Positions 51,201 through 63,276 of a stretch of 64,000 nt of DNA are shown here, piece by piece. Source of the DNA: Saprolegnia diclina VS20 (lineage: Eukaryota); assembly GCF_000281045.1 (NCBI RefSeq), contig NW_008246070.1, positions 87,543-151,542 on the forward strand. The letters are read 5' to 3'. Both the position numbers and the translations under genes were made by a program. The notes beneath the pieces are model-generated. The model saw only the letters and a list, made by a program, of their open reading frames with translations. It had not been told where the DNA came from and did not search any database. Every line of letters starts with the position of its first letter. The first letter of the stretch is position 1.

Positions 51201-53905
51201 ACTCTTCCTTGAGATTTTCAAACTGGCGACGCGCGCCGTCCCCCGGCACCACGATCGGTGTGAGAACGACGGCGGATGACGGTGCTGGCGTCGACGGACT
51301 GCTCTTGCACGCGCTCTCGTCAATCTCTTCTTCTTCGATGATGGGCTCACCGCCCTCGAGCTCAAAGACCGGCTTGTTGCCGTAGACCGAGATCCAGAAC
51401 GGCCCGACATTGGTCTTGTTGGATGCTTTGTCCTGCGCCCCGTGAACATTTGATAGATTGATACAAACCGTACCGTGCGCATGTACAAACTCGGCACGAT
51501 GCAGTAGCGGCCTGGCTCAATGTGCATGTCGACCTATCGCAACTGTCTCAGTATCAACTTGATATCGTTTCAAAGTACCGAGGCGGCTTGCTTGAGCGTG
51601 TAGGCTGGCTGGGGCACGCCGTCATCGTCCACGCCAGCAATGACCGTTCCGGGAATGATGGGCGGCGGTGAAGCTTCAACCGCCGTGCCGTCAATGAGCG
51701 CCTGCCGAGACGCCTCGGGGTGCAAGCGGTAGTACGGCGCCGCCTTCTTCTTGGGCTCGCGGATCTCCACTGCGCCGCTCGCCCCTTCCGAGACGGAGCA
51801 GACGTGGAAGCTACGGACGCTTGTCGATAGAAAAAGGCTCAGGATGGAAGAGAGTACCCGATGGGCACGAGGCCGCGACCGTCGACCTTGCCGCGCGGGT
51901 CGTTCTGGCTCACTGCGATAAAGAGGTGGCAGCGCTCGAGCACGTGCAGCTGGAAGCGCGGGTTGTTGATCCACGTGGCTTTGCTCGTGTTGCCGCCGCA
52001 CGAGATCTCGTCCCACTTGCCTTCGACGCGGCGCCCGCACCACTCGTCCGCAAAGTCTACTCGGATCTTAGTTGCTGATCGTACAAGCGCGTAGTACCAA
52101 TGCCGGCAAAGAAGTGCGTGTAGCGCTCCGACCAGTCGGCGTACGTCATGAAGAACGTGCCGTCGTTCTGGTTGATCTCGGCAATGTCTTCCTGCACGAG
52201 CTCCGACAGCTGCGAGTGCTCTACCGTGCAACGAGATGAAAATGCGGCGGCCGACAGGACCGTACGCTCGCGGTGGAGCTTGGAGTAGGCGTTCTCGCCC
52301 ACAGAGCGCGCAATGACCTTGAAGACGCGCTGGATCTCGTCGTCGCACGCTTCTCGCTCGTCGCTCTGGTCGGACCACGGCCCCGTCTACGTATGTATTG
52401 GTGTTCACGTTGCAATATTGAAACATTGATACTACCCACTCGCCCATGCCCCACGGATTCCGGACTTTGACCAGTCGCACGACCGACTTGTCCTTGAGCG
52501 TGATCTCGCCGAGGTCGACGAGCCCGTACGCGTGCTTGTAGTAGAGTCCTACGATACCGCGAGAAAACGTTGCCTAGTGATTATAGAACATCCAACCTTG
52601 GCCCGCGCTGCCCTCGGCCACGACGTTCTTGTCGTTCTTCGGGTCTGGCTGGATCGAGCAGCCCATGAGGGTTCCGTTGCGCTTGTACTCGAGCAGCTTC
52701 TGCCAAAACTCGTCGCCACGCTTCTGGTCCGCCCGAATGGGTTTGTACGGGTCTTCAGCGAACCCTACCCCGTTTCCATCGAAAATGAAATTTCTTGGTA
52801 CGAGAGGTGTACCGGGGTAGCCTGGCTTGAGGATGATCTGCTCCGAGCAGAGACCTGTGAGGTCGCTCAGCGCCACGTCAATGTAGCCGCCAATGAGGGC
52901 TTCGTAGCTTCCATGGAGCTTGGCGTACGCCTTCTCCATGAGGGGCACCCTAGTCCCGGAATGATATCGCATACACCACGAGGACGTGAGTACCAGAGCT
53001 CGTTCGGGTCGCTGCAGCGTGCAAAGAAGGGCTTGCCGGCGCGGTTGTTGGTGTACCCAAACACTGGAATGCGGTCGTCAATGATGACGTAGTGCCAGGA
53101 AAAATCCTGTCTCGGCTGTCAAAGTCGCTGTGACACGAGGAGGAGTACCTTCATGAAGCGACATACAAAGAGCCCGTGGCCCTTGTACTGGTCGTCGCGC
53201 CAAAAGACTTGCGTGAGCAGGTCGAGCCGCGTGGCCAGTACGCTGATCGCGCCTGTGTTACTCAGATGTGAAATGCGCAGAGAATTCTGTACGCACCGAG
53301 GAACCAACAGTCGCCGAGGTTGCCCTGGATGACGTCGCCCGAGCTCGCGAGGCCGCCGCGGAAGAGCTCGCCATCGTCGCAGAAGACAGGGTCGTCGTCC
53401 GTCGGGCGGTGGCTGCTGCTCCTACGCCAGCGTTAGTACTGTGCAACAACAGGAGCACGGACGTACTCGGACTCGTCGCTTTCTTCAAGCACGTTTTGGG
53501 TTGCTGCTGCGTACCGCGGCCGCTCCCAGCGCAATTTGTCTTCCTTGAGCAGCTTGAGCACCTTGGCCTGGTGCTGGGACCCGCCCTTGGACGGGACAAC
53601 CTACGACGCGAGCTAACATGAGCAGCGCGAGAAGGCCGCGAAGGGCGAACGTCGCCGTTCTTGCAGAGCGCCCGCGCGCCTGAGAGGTCGGCGTCGTTGG
53701 GACCAAAGCACGGGTCGCAGTAGATGTGGTCGGCGCAGGCCTTGACGAGCTTGGTGACCTTGAGCGCCACGTACTTGTCCATGAGCCGGAGCGTCTCCAC
53801 GAGGCGCTTGCCCGTCGCGCCGTGCGCGCGCATGCTAATGACCGAGTCCATCTTGGAGCAGACGACGTCGACGCCATGCTCCTTGAGGTCCTGCTCGAGC
53901 TCCAT
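45281..53905 (-). CDS. Giant multidomain calpain (CysPc + calpain_III + EF-hands + Cys-rich finger + C2 + coiled coil + WW)
   Basis: DVIQGNLGDCWFL (~53300), YKHAYGL (~52530), VRNPWG (~52455), EKAYAKLHGSYEAL, WINNPRF, PGRYCIVPS. Spliced in frame (intron ~51130-51177) into EF-hands (LDEDHSGDL, LDVDGNGTL, FDVNGDGSI), a C2 domain (IGETEVSI...WFAIY) and a WW domain (LPDKW...GKPYF.N...TQWNHP). The single-gene model is inferred. Confidence 0.75.
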
Positions 53906-53938
53906 TGCCGCCGATCTGTCTCCCAAGGATCGCAGATG

Positions 53939-54053
53939 AATATCGAAGGTCGAGGGTCCTAAACACTGTTTTAAAACAGAATGCCGATGCTGGATATCCA
54001 AATATCGAAGGTCCTGAAAAACACTGTTCAAAACAGAATGTTGATGCTGGATA
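53939..54053. repeat. Imperfect ~55-60 nt tandem duplication in the divergent calpain/BSD promoter region
   Basis: aatatcgaaggtc...aaacactgtt..aaaacagaatg..gatgctggata occurs twice in tandem. Confidence 0.8.
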
Positions 54054-54317
54054 CAGGTGCGGGTAGGCCACCAAGGGTGTGGGTCGTAGCGGTCATCAGC
54101 TCCAGTGGTATCAGCGCAGTGCAGTTGCAGTGGCAAACTGCACGCAGGCTCATTGTGACAAGACGTCCTTCGCACTCGGTCTATGCCCATAACTCTTCCT
54201 CGGACTCCAGCAGACAGTGGCTCAAAGCGAGATTGACCAGATCCAAAGACACTCGGGAGAGGTGGGCATTCGTCCGGATACGAGGATTTTCGCTCGAAAG
54301 CGACAAGGCGCAGCAGC

Positions 54318-55610
54318 ATGTGGCTCTATGAGGCCGCCAACCAGGCCGCCAAGACGGCCAAGGAGCGCGTCGTCCAAGTCCAGGAGAAGGTCCAGGAGAA
54401 GGCCTCCATCATCGTCGCGCAGGTCCAAGACGAGGCGCAGACGCTCCTCAACTCGATGAGCCTGCAGCAAGACAACCCTGTCGACGAGGTAGAACATGGC
54501 CCTTCCCATGGCATGATGGCCCATGGCCACGCCTTCGTAGATCATCTTTGAGGAGCTGGACGACTACAAGGCCTTCCAGGATGTATTTGACCTTGACGAC
54601 AAGACGGAGGAGGTCGCGGCGATCCTCAAGGACGACACGTATATCTCGGACCTCCACACGGCGATGGTGCCCGAGCAGCTCTCGTACAAGGAGTTCTGGA
54701 CGCGGTAGACTCGTGCTTTGACGACTTGCTGACAGTGGACTTGTTGTGTAGGTACTACTTTCGCGAGTTTACCAAGCAGCGTGAAGAGGAAGCCCGGGTG
54801 AAGCGGGAGGAGGCCCGGCGCGCCCAGCTGCTCCAAGAGCAAGCCGCCCGCGAAGAGCGCGAGCGCGAAGCCCGCATCGCGTACGAGGCACGCATGGAAG
54901 AGGAGCGACTCGCGGCCGAAGCCGCCGAAGACGTTGCGATGTGGAAGGAGCAAGTCGACCACCTCCAGCAAGTGATCCGGTCGCTCGAGCATAGTGAGCA
55001 AGACAAGTACAAGACGCTCTGCGACGACTACGAGTCCAAGATGATGCAGATGACGCTGCACATTGACGACGCCAAGGCGAGCGGCTACGAAGAAGGGATC
55101 GCCGAGAGCGAGTCGATCGTCGCCAAGATCCGCGCCGAGGCCCAAGCCGAGCGCGACGAGCTTCGCGCCTTCTTGGAGGCAATGGTCGACTCGTCGACAG
55201 CTGCCATGCCCGAGGTGCCTGCGTCCTCGGTGCTCTCTCTCGAGTTGGCCCAGCAACTCTGGGCGCTGCGGCAGTCCGAAGCTTCAGCCCCGTCAGCAAC
55301 CACCACCGATGCGCAGCACGCCAAGGAGCTGGACCTCTGGAAGGCGCGCGCGATGAAGATGAAAAAGCTGAAGGACGAAGTCGACGCCGAGCTCGTCACG
55401 GTCAAGGCTGCCGTTGCGTCGGCCGAAGCCAGTGGCTTTGCGGCGGGCGAAGCGGCCGCGAAGGAGACGTACCTGGCGCAGATCCAAGCTCTTGAAGCGG
55501 CGCTGGCCGCCCAACAAGAGACACTGCCCGCGCCACCCCTTGCAGCCGAGGTGCAGGACGCCGCCGAGGCCAAGGAGCCAAGTCGCGACGACTGGGGCGA
55601 GTGGGATTGA
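54318..55610 (+). CDS. BSD-domain coiled-coil protein
   Basis: ILKDDTYISDLHTAMVPEQLSYKEFWTR|YYF (BSD signature), long coiled coil, C-terminal DDWGEWD*. Confidence 0.85.
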
Positions 55611-55659
55611 CGATTGTCAGTGATCCATCACCCGTCGCTTATATACACTTTCACCCTGT

Positions 55660-56631
55660 CTACGCCTCGTCGTTCTCGTTCTCGTCGTCGTGCGCATGGT
55701 CGGCGCGTTGGCGCAGCTTCTCGAGCGAGTCCACGGCCGGGTCCCAGTCGGGCAGAATGAAGTACTGGCGGGGCCGGGGCCGCGGCCGCTGCACTTGCTC
55801 CAGGAAGGGCAGTGCGTGGAATTTTTCGTAGCAGCTCGTGGTTTCCTTCCCAAACTTGGTGCGGCAGAGGTGCGCTTGGCAGACTGCGCACTGCCACTTG
55901 GTGTTCATCTCGCGCCGGCGCTGGCTCGTCGAGCTGATCGAGAAGCAGAGTACGCAGTGGCTGCGCTTCCCGCTTGTGTCCTGCACGAGCGCGTGTGCCC
56001 GCGTCGGGTCCAGGCGAAGGGCGCGGCCGACGTCCGAGTTGTAGAACGACCGCATGTTGCGCCGGGGAATCTCGGGAAGCGGCCGCGGGTCCTCGATGAC
56101 CGCGACCTCGGCCGGTGTTTCGACGACAGGAAATGGCGCCTGCATGTACATGTGAGCACCGCGCAGTGCAAAGCAAGGCTACAAGAATCGCTGGCGTCAA
56201 ATACGATGCCGCGTGTGGGCTAGACCCTGGCGACGGCGCGGGCTCGACGGCGGCGACCGGCGGCGAGGCGGCAGCGGGCGGCGAGGCGCGAGCGATTTCG
56301 GGCGCAGTGTCTTTCGCCGCTGGGATCGTAGCGCACGCTTCGATGAGCTTTTGGATCGCGTTGACGAGCTTGATGCGGTGACCGTACGCGCTGACCTTGA
56401 GGTCTTCCCGGAGCACGTCGTTCGTGATCGTGGGCAGCACATCTAGGACATGGTCATAATAAGCCGGTGCTGCTGCCAGCGCCAACACATACCGCCCGTA
56501 ATGTCATTCTTCTCAAAGGTCTACGCAGCGCCATGAGGCTAGCCCATGCGATGGCGTCGTACCTGCGCGTACTCGGCAAAGCCGGACCGCGTAACCCACT
56601 CGGCGACCTGCCGCGCTGTCCAGTTCTCCAT
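55660..56631 (-). CDS. SAM-domain protein with C-terminal piggyBac-type Cys-rich zinc finger
   Basis: MENWTARQVAEWVTRSGFAEYAQ|TFEKNDITG|DVLPTITNDVLREDLKVSAYGHRIKLVNAI (SAM). A phase-0 intron at 56140-56182 leads to RLDPTRAH...CVLC...TKWQCAVCQAHLC...CYEKFH. Confidence 0.8.
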
Positions 56632-56889
56632 GAGCTTGTTTGAAAGTGTGTGCCGGATAACCATTCCGATGGCATTCGAAATTCTGGTTGAAACAGTGTT
56701 TTATACACAAAACCAGAATGTCAACCATCAACTTGATATTAGAAGCTGGACAGCGGGAGCGCCCCCAAACGCGGCAGTCGAAGATCGCTAAAGCAATGGC
56801 GCCGCCACGTCTTGATGTCAAAGAGGTACGTCGATATACGCCAGGTTCAGGTCCAGATTGGCGGACGTAGGATCCGAGTACTCATCGCT

Positions 56890-58275
56890 CTACTTCGACC
56901 ATGCTGTCGTATCGAGCATATAGTAGCTGCTCGTGTACAAGAGCAGCGTGCGCAGCGTCACCGGCGCCAGCTGCAGCTGGTACCAGCGCTCAAAAACATA
57001 GGCGACGACGGTCGCGGTGACGCCGCACTCTGACAGGCGAGCTGCGTGTCCATGCGCTTGTCCAGACGACAGTTGACGACCAGACGAAAAGTGCGCTCTT
57101 GATGGCGTCACGAGGCTGCCCACGCAGCACGCAGCACGAAGACGAGCCAGAGCGACTTGAACGCAGCGAGCGCCGTCGTGGAAAGAGACAACACGGCGCT
57201 TTAAAGCACGTGGCTGCGCCGACGCAGCGCAAGGTGAGTGGCGTCGAGTGCAGCATGCACAGCGCCGTGACCCGACGAGCCGGTTGAGCTCGAGGAGGTT
57301 GAAACCTTCGATGCACTTCTGACGACGTAGCATGTGCAGTACGATCCGGCCGCAAAGCGAGGCTTTGAGGGACGTTGGCCGGGTCGGGGCTCAGCGAGAG
57401 CCACGAGGGTGCCACGGTCGCGTGCAACTAAGACGACTTGGCGCGTGCCAATGGCCCACTCGTAGAGCCAAAGAACGACCACTCGACGTCGTTCGCCAGC
57501 AGCAGCGGCGTGCGATAGAGTTCGATCGTATGAGCCGTCTTGTTGATGCACTGCACCAGCTGCACACGAAGCGGCCGTTCGTCGTCTTGGGTCAATGTTG
57601 CGCAACACATCTTCCAAGTGCACGGCTGCGCACCGCATTCAGATGGACGCGCCGCCGCCACTGCCCGTGATCGCGAATGCGTCGGCGTACATGCACTGCA
57701 AGAAGACCTTCCGGCTCTTTCGCAAAGCCAACGAGTGCCAACTCTGCCACGGCAACGTCTGCGCCAAGTGATGCAGCCACGAAGAAATCGAGACTGCTGA
57801 CGGCCTCGTCGTTGGTCGAGTCCTCTCTTGCCGCGCTACGTGTACGCCATCTGCTATCGTAGCTCGAGGTCTGCCCAGCAGTACAGCGATCGAGAGCTGC
57901 GCGGTCCATTTCGCGCAGACTTTGTATCGCAGGCGCTGGCGCCGAGAGCTCTTCGTAGAGCAGCTTGCGTGGGTACGCCGGCGAGAGGCTCACTTCGGTG
58001 CGGGAGACGCCGGTGGTCCAGCCGGTCGCCGTCGCCGGTACAAACGCACGCTCCATATTGAAGCTTCGCGTGAGCAAATCGGACGCATTGCTCGCGTAAT
58101 AGTCGGGCCGGCTGTAGTCGTTCTCCAAGTACGGCGCCACGAGCGAGAGCCAACTCAGTACCACGGAGACCATGACGTAGCCGACGCCGACCTGCTTCGC
58201 CACTGCGGCTGCATTCTCGCGTGTGAAGCGTCGGAAACTGCGTCGAAACGGCGGTCGCTCGCGTCGTCCCGCCAA
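56890..58275 (-). pseudogene. Degraded fragments of a Saprolegniales-type multi-TM protein family gene
   Basis: VGYVMVSVVLSWL..APYLENDY..PDY, AYPRKLLYEEL, YCWADL..R, RTPLLLANDVEWSFFG..LYEWAIGTRQV occur in different frames, with frameshifts and deletions. Confidence 0.55.
57677..57860 (+). pseudogene. Frameshifted FYVE-type zinc-finger fragment
   Basis: ..C|HCKKTFRLFRKANECQLCHGNVCAK*CSHEEIE..: FYVE-like Cys pattern with a frameshift and an in-frame TGA. Confidence 0.55.
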
Positions 58276-59858
58276 CCCATCGGCAACTACTCGGTCACAT
58301 TTGAGGTAGAACGTCGGGCTGGTGTCCTTACTATACAGTAGCGCAGGACTGACTGTGTATCGCCACCTTCGCCATGCTCATGCACTGCACCGCATCGCCT
58401 ACGCTGTCGACGGTGGGTTCTGGTATAGCGATGCATGGCTGCACATGCCACACCCAGGTCGACGGATTACACTGTACTAGTACGTGCTAACTGGCGGCAG
58501 CGTCCACTGCCACAGCCGCCGCCACATCCCGATGCGACCAGCGACGTTGCACTTTCGTCGACTAATCGACTAGGGCCATGTTGCAGAGGAGGGACAGCTT
58601 TATCCCAAAGCACCCGAAAAAGTACGGTTTTTCTGGGTGATACTGCGTCATCATCAAATGTAATCGCGTGGCATGTTCGATTTCGAAGCTGGGTTTTTGG
58701 GTTAAACCTCGTGGTTAGTCGACTATTGATGCTATTCAGTTAAGCGACAGGGCAGCCGAAAGTTTCGAATCTTTGTGCTGGCCAATCGGAAGCCATCTCA
58801 ACGGCCGCAGACATGTGAACTTGAATACAGTATACAGAAGAGGGGTAGGGTGCTAAAGATTTCAGCCAATCCGGACGGGGTGGGCGGAGCGGTCGTTCTG
58901 TGCTGCTCAGTTCCCAATTCGCACCGAGCCCCAGACAGCGGTAGACTCGCATTCTACGGCGGTGGCCCCGCCCGGTAGCCCAGGCTTGAATAGATCCCTG
59001 CGTCCTCGCCTCCCCGACGAAGCGAACGCGATCAAGTCGGCAGCGCCATGAAGAAGCACCGCTAGCACGAGCATGAGAAGCGCCAGCAGGCAGCAGACGT
59101 AGCAGCAGCAGCACGGGTCGAGCGCAATGGCCGCCGCAACGGAATACGACGGCGCAGAGCACGAGCACAAGAGCGCAGCAGCAGCAGAACGAGCGGGCAT
59201 CTGAACGAGCGGGCAGCAGGACGAGCGCGAGAGCACCGGAGCAGTGTGATCGAGCGCAGCAGCAGTACAACCGCAAGCGCGCAGCAGGACGCGCCACGGG
59301 TCGAGCAGCACGAGTCGGACGCGAAGGTGTATGTGGTCTGGAGACGGGGGTGACACGGTCGGCTACGGCAACATGGGCATACGAGGCGCGCGATCTACAA
59401 GCCGCCGAGGTCTGCACGTGGGATACGGTTGCATCTTCTTCCAGTGACGCGTCTGGGAGGTAGGCCGATTGGGAACTCCATGTATTCTTGCATGTCGGTG
59501 ATTGCACCTATCTTTTTCCCATCCGATGTGACTCTACCTTGACGTGGTGGATGGGCTTTGTACCAAAAGAGTCACTTGCATGTCTTTCTCTAGCGGTACT
59601 TTAAACCTAACAATGACACACTTGGTCTTTTCATCCTCTTGTCTCTCTACGTCGGTCGATTCAGCATGTTGGCCACCCACGAATGCACCAGCATGGACGA
59701 CGATGAAGCACTCCAGCTCGCTCCAGCATGGTGCTTTCAGGATGAAGCATGGGCATGATGATCGATCTTTCGAGCCTTGCATAGGTTTCGAAGTGTGGAA
59801 GTTCGAAGTTGGAATCGTATTTCGTAGTATCTGCGATTGGTGTGCTTCAGTACCCAAA

Positions 59859-60806
59859 ATGCTGGCGCACATTCGGCGGACTTCGCGCATCGCGGTCCAT
59901 GGGCCGTCGGTCGCCCGCTTCCTGAGCACGACGCCGCCTCCGGAGGCGCCACCTGCCAAGCCGCGCCGGGCCATGGCCAGCGACCGCGGTAGGCTCCATG
60001 CAGCTCCATGCGTATGCATAGCATGCTGGTAGAGCTCGTGTACCAAGCCGACAAGAGCGTGCTTGAGAACTGGAAGGAAGCCATGCACACGATGGAAGAC
60101 ATGATGAAGGAGATCGACGCCAAGCGCCCGAAGGAGTACGTACCCGACAAGTTCAAGGAGATGAAGGAGTTCAACGACACGAACGGCAAAGTCATCGTAC
60201 GCCGCCACGCGTCCGTGCTTGCATTTGCGCTCATGTCCGCGTAGGTCGCGCCCATGGAGCTCGTGCCCGTGGCCAAGGCGCCGCTCATGCCGTCGCTCGC
60301 CGTCAACAACCTCAACGGTTCGGACTACGACATCAAGAACCTCACGGGCGGGAAGCTCACGCTGCTCCTTACGTGCTTCAAGAACTCGGGCTTTGACCAC
60401 ATCGTACCGTGGCGTGCCCACTTTGAGGCGGCGCTTGGCGACAAGAAGACGATCCAGGTTCTCCAGCTCAACATTGTCGAGGAGTGGTACTGGAAGGCGT
60501 TCAACGGTATGATCCGCAACGGCCTCAAGGCCAAGACGACCGACCTCGAGAAGACGCTGACGCACTTTGGCCGCTGCAACGACTTTCGTACGACGCTGGA
60601 TCTGTACAACAGCTTTGTCGGCTACGTCCAGCTAGTGGACGCCAAGGGCCGCGTGCGATGGAGGTATGCATCAACACTCGTTCGAGCCGACTCATTCTTC
60701 GCATGTGTCTAGTGCGGCGGGCGACATGACGCCGGAAGAAGGGGCGACGCTCGTGCGCTTGAGCCACAAGCTCCTGACAGACATGCAGCAAAAGCCGCGT
60801 CAGTAG
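59859..60806 (+). CDS. ATP10: Mitochondrial ATP synthase assembly factor ATP10
   Basis: Presequence MLAHIRRTSRIAV; KEFNDTNGKVI|VAP..L.P...A...P.L; N.FVGYVQLVDAKGRVRW; introns ~59989-60020, 60197-60244 and 60664-60712. Confidence 0.85.
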
Positions 60807-60880
60807 TAATCTCCTCGTAAACAGTAGACTGCGCTTCCACTCCGCCACACACACAGCAAGCTACACCCTCCATTGACGGC

Positions 60881-62828
60881 TTATGCATACGCTGTCGCGA
60901 GCGCCGCGAGCCAGAACGCGACCGCCATGGCGCCCGGGTCCGGAATGTTCTTGGCAAACTCGGCGCCCACGTAGCTCGAGCGGCCAAATGCGTTCTTCGG
61001 GAGCACGTGCTTGGTCGACTCGGCGCCGGCTTCGGCCGCCTGCACAATGGCAGACCAGAGCGCCGCCCCCGTCGCGTCCTACGCAGCACACGCTTAGAGA
61101 TGGCTGCTGCAAGATGAGTCGTGTACGCTCGCACTGGCGCGCATCGCCGGGAGGAGCGCGTCCATCATCGTGCGCGAGCCCTCGGCCGCGCCGCCGTACT
61201 TTTGAATGGCCGCAATGCCCGCGCCAAAGGCAGCGCGCCACGCGTCGGTCGGGAGCCCGTCGACGGCGTGGCCGTGGTCAAATACATACAGAGCGTTGGC
61301 GGCGGCCGTGAAAAAGATGGTGTAGAGCACTAGTACGACGTCGATGTGAGCACGACCAGGCGTCCGAGACTGTAGTACCGCCAGACGTGCCACCAACCGC
61401 GTCGGCCACCGTAGCAGCAATGGCGTGCGCCGTGGCCGACGGGATGTGCAGCGGGTACGATGGAAGCGCGTCACGAATCGCTTGGGCACCGGTCTGCAGC
61501 GTCTCGCCGCAGTCGCCATCGCCGACCTGGAGTTCGATGTAAACTATCAATGTATCGAGAAGTTTGGACCTTGGCGTCCCACTCGGTGAGCTGGGGTTCG
61601 GCCTCGATGATGCGTGCGGTCGCCGCTTCGATACCGATGCGCACAGTCGGTGCGACGCCCGACGCCATTTCGGTCGCCATCGGCGGCACGACCAGCGGCT
61701 CGGGCACCGTAATGACCTTGGGCAGCTCGCTCAAGTCGTCGCGCGCCACATAAGGCCAGCCGGGCGCCGAGACAGCAAAGTCGAGTAACTTCGAGTGGCC
61801 GTCGCTGAGCTTCCAGACGCTGAGCGAGACGCCGGCCATGTCGAGGGCTGTCATGAACGAGCCGACGTAGAGCCGAGACACGTGGACCTTTTTCGCATTG
61901 CACCACTCGACAACGTCGTTGGCGACGACGTTGAGCTCGAGCGCCGTCGTCGACCCGAGGTTGTTGACGAGCACCGCGATCGTCTCGTATTCTAAAAGGC
62001 AATGTGGGCATCGAAACTCAAAACTCAAAAGAACATACCCGCAACGTGCAAGTCGGCAAAGATGCTCTTCAGGAGACGCGCGGTCGTGTCCTTGGACGAC
62101 GCCTGCGGCACCGTGAGGAGCCCAGGCTCACCGTGGATGCCGAGGCCGAGCTCCATCTCGTTGGCCTTGACGCGTTGGCTGGAAGCGTGGCCCGGCAGCG
62201 TGCACGACTTCCAGGCGACGCCCATGGACGCAATGGCGAGGCTATTAACGTGCGCCTGGATCTCTTCCAGCGAGTGGCCTTGCGCAGCGAGCGCGCCGGC
62301 AGCCTTGTGCACGAGGACCGTCCCCGCGATGCCTCGACGTCCGGCCTTGGAGCCTTGGATCGCGCAGTCGTCGCCGATGACGACCATCTCGACCTTGAGG
62401 CCCTCGGCCTTGGCCTTTTCGATCGCAAGACCAAAGTTGAGGCGGTCGCCCTATGCATCGGGATGAGGCCATCGGCCACACTAGCTCGGTAATACCGTGT
62501 AGTTCTTGACAATGAGGAGGCAGCCGTGGGGGCCAGTTACGAGGCGAATGGCCTCGAGCACCTGCTTGGTCGTCGGCGACGCAAACACGTCGCCGCAGAT
62601 GACGCCCGTGAGCATGCCGTCGCCAATGTAGCCCGCGTGCGCCGGCTCGTGGCCCGACCCACCGCCCGAGAGGAGCGTCACTTGCTTGGCCTGGAGCTGC
62701 TTGAAGTTGCGGTGCAGCACGATCTTGTGCTGGGCGACGAGCGTCAGCTGCGGCGAGCTCGCGACAAGGCCGTCGAGCATCTCTTCGACGGCGGTCGCCG
62801 GCGCATTGAGCATTTGGAACGAAGCCAT
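60881..62828 (-). CDS. DAK: Dihydroxyacetone kinase / triokinase (DAK1+DAK2 domains)
   Basis: LLSGGGSGHEPAHAGYIG.GML, VKNYT|GDRLNFG, GRRGIAGTVLVHK, MELGLGIHGEPG, LVNNLG, VGDGDCG, GGTSG, GSRTMMDAL, GRSSY, PDPGA. Confidence 0.95.
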
Positions 62829-63276
62829 GGCAATTCGCGAATGGCTTGTTGTTAGACAGCTCACCTCGTAAATAGTGTGTGATAGCGCCACCTGTCGGGC
62901 AACTGCTGTCTCTGCAGTCACAACGTCAAGGTGGACCTCAGTGCTACTGCTTGTGCTCACAGCCATGCTTGAGCTCGCAGTCTAGAGTAGCCACACACTA
63001 CACCAAGCTGCACTACACCGAGCTGCCGTCGCAGGCTGGCGTTGGCACCAAGCTGGTGGAAGTCGTCGCGAGGCCAGAGAAGTGGCCGTGGCGCGGCAGG
63101 TCGGCCGTGATGCGGCAGCTACATAGACAGGCCGATGCTTGCGAAAGAAAGCGCAGTGCTAGGTGCCTGCAACGCATCAACAGCTTCGCTCGCAGCAACC
63201 TCAGACGATTGCGCTCGTCGTATCACACTATTTCGAGTGTGGCGGATGCCGAATCCGTATCGGTGGGACATGCGCG

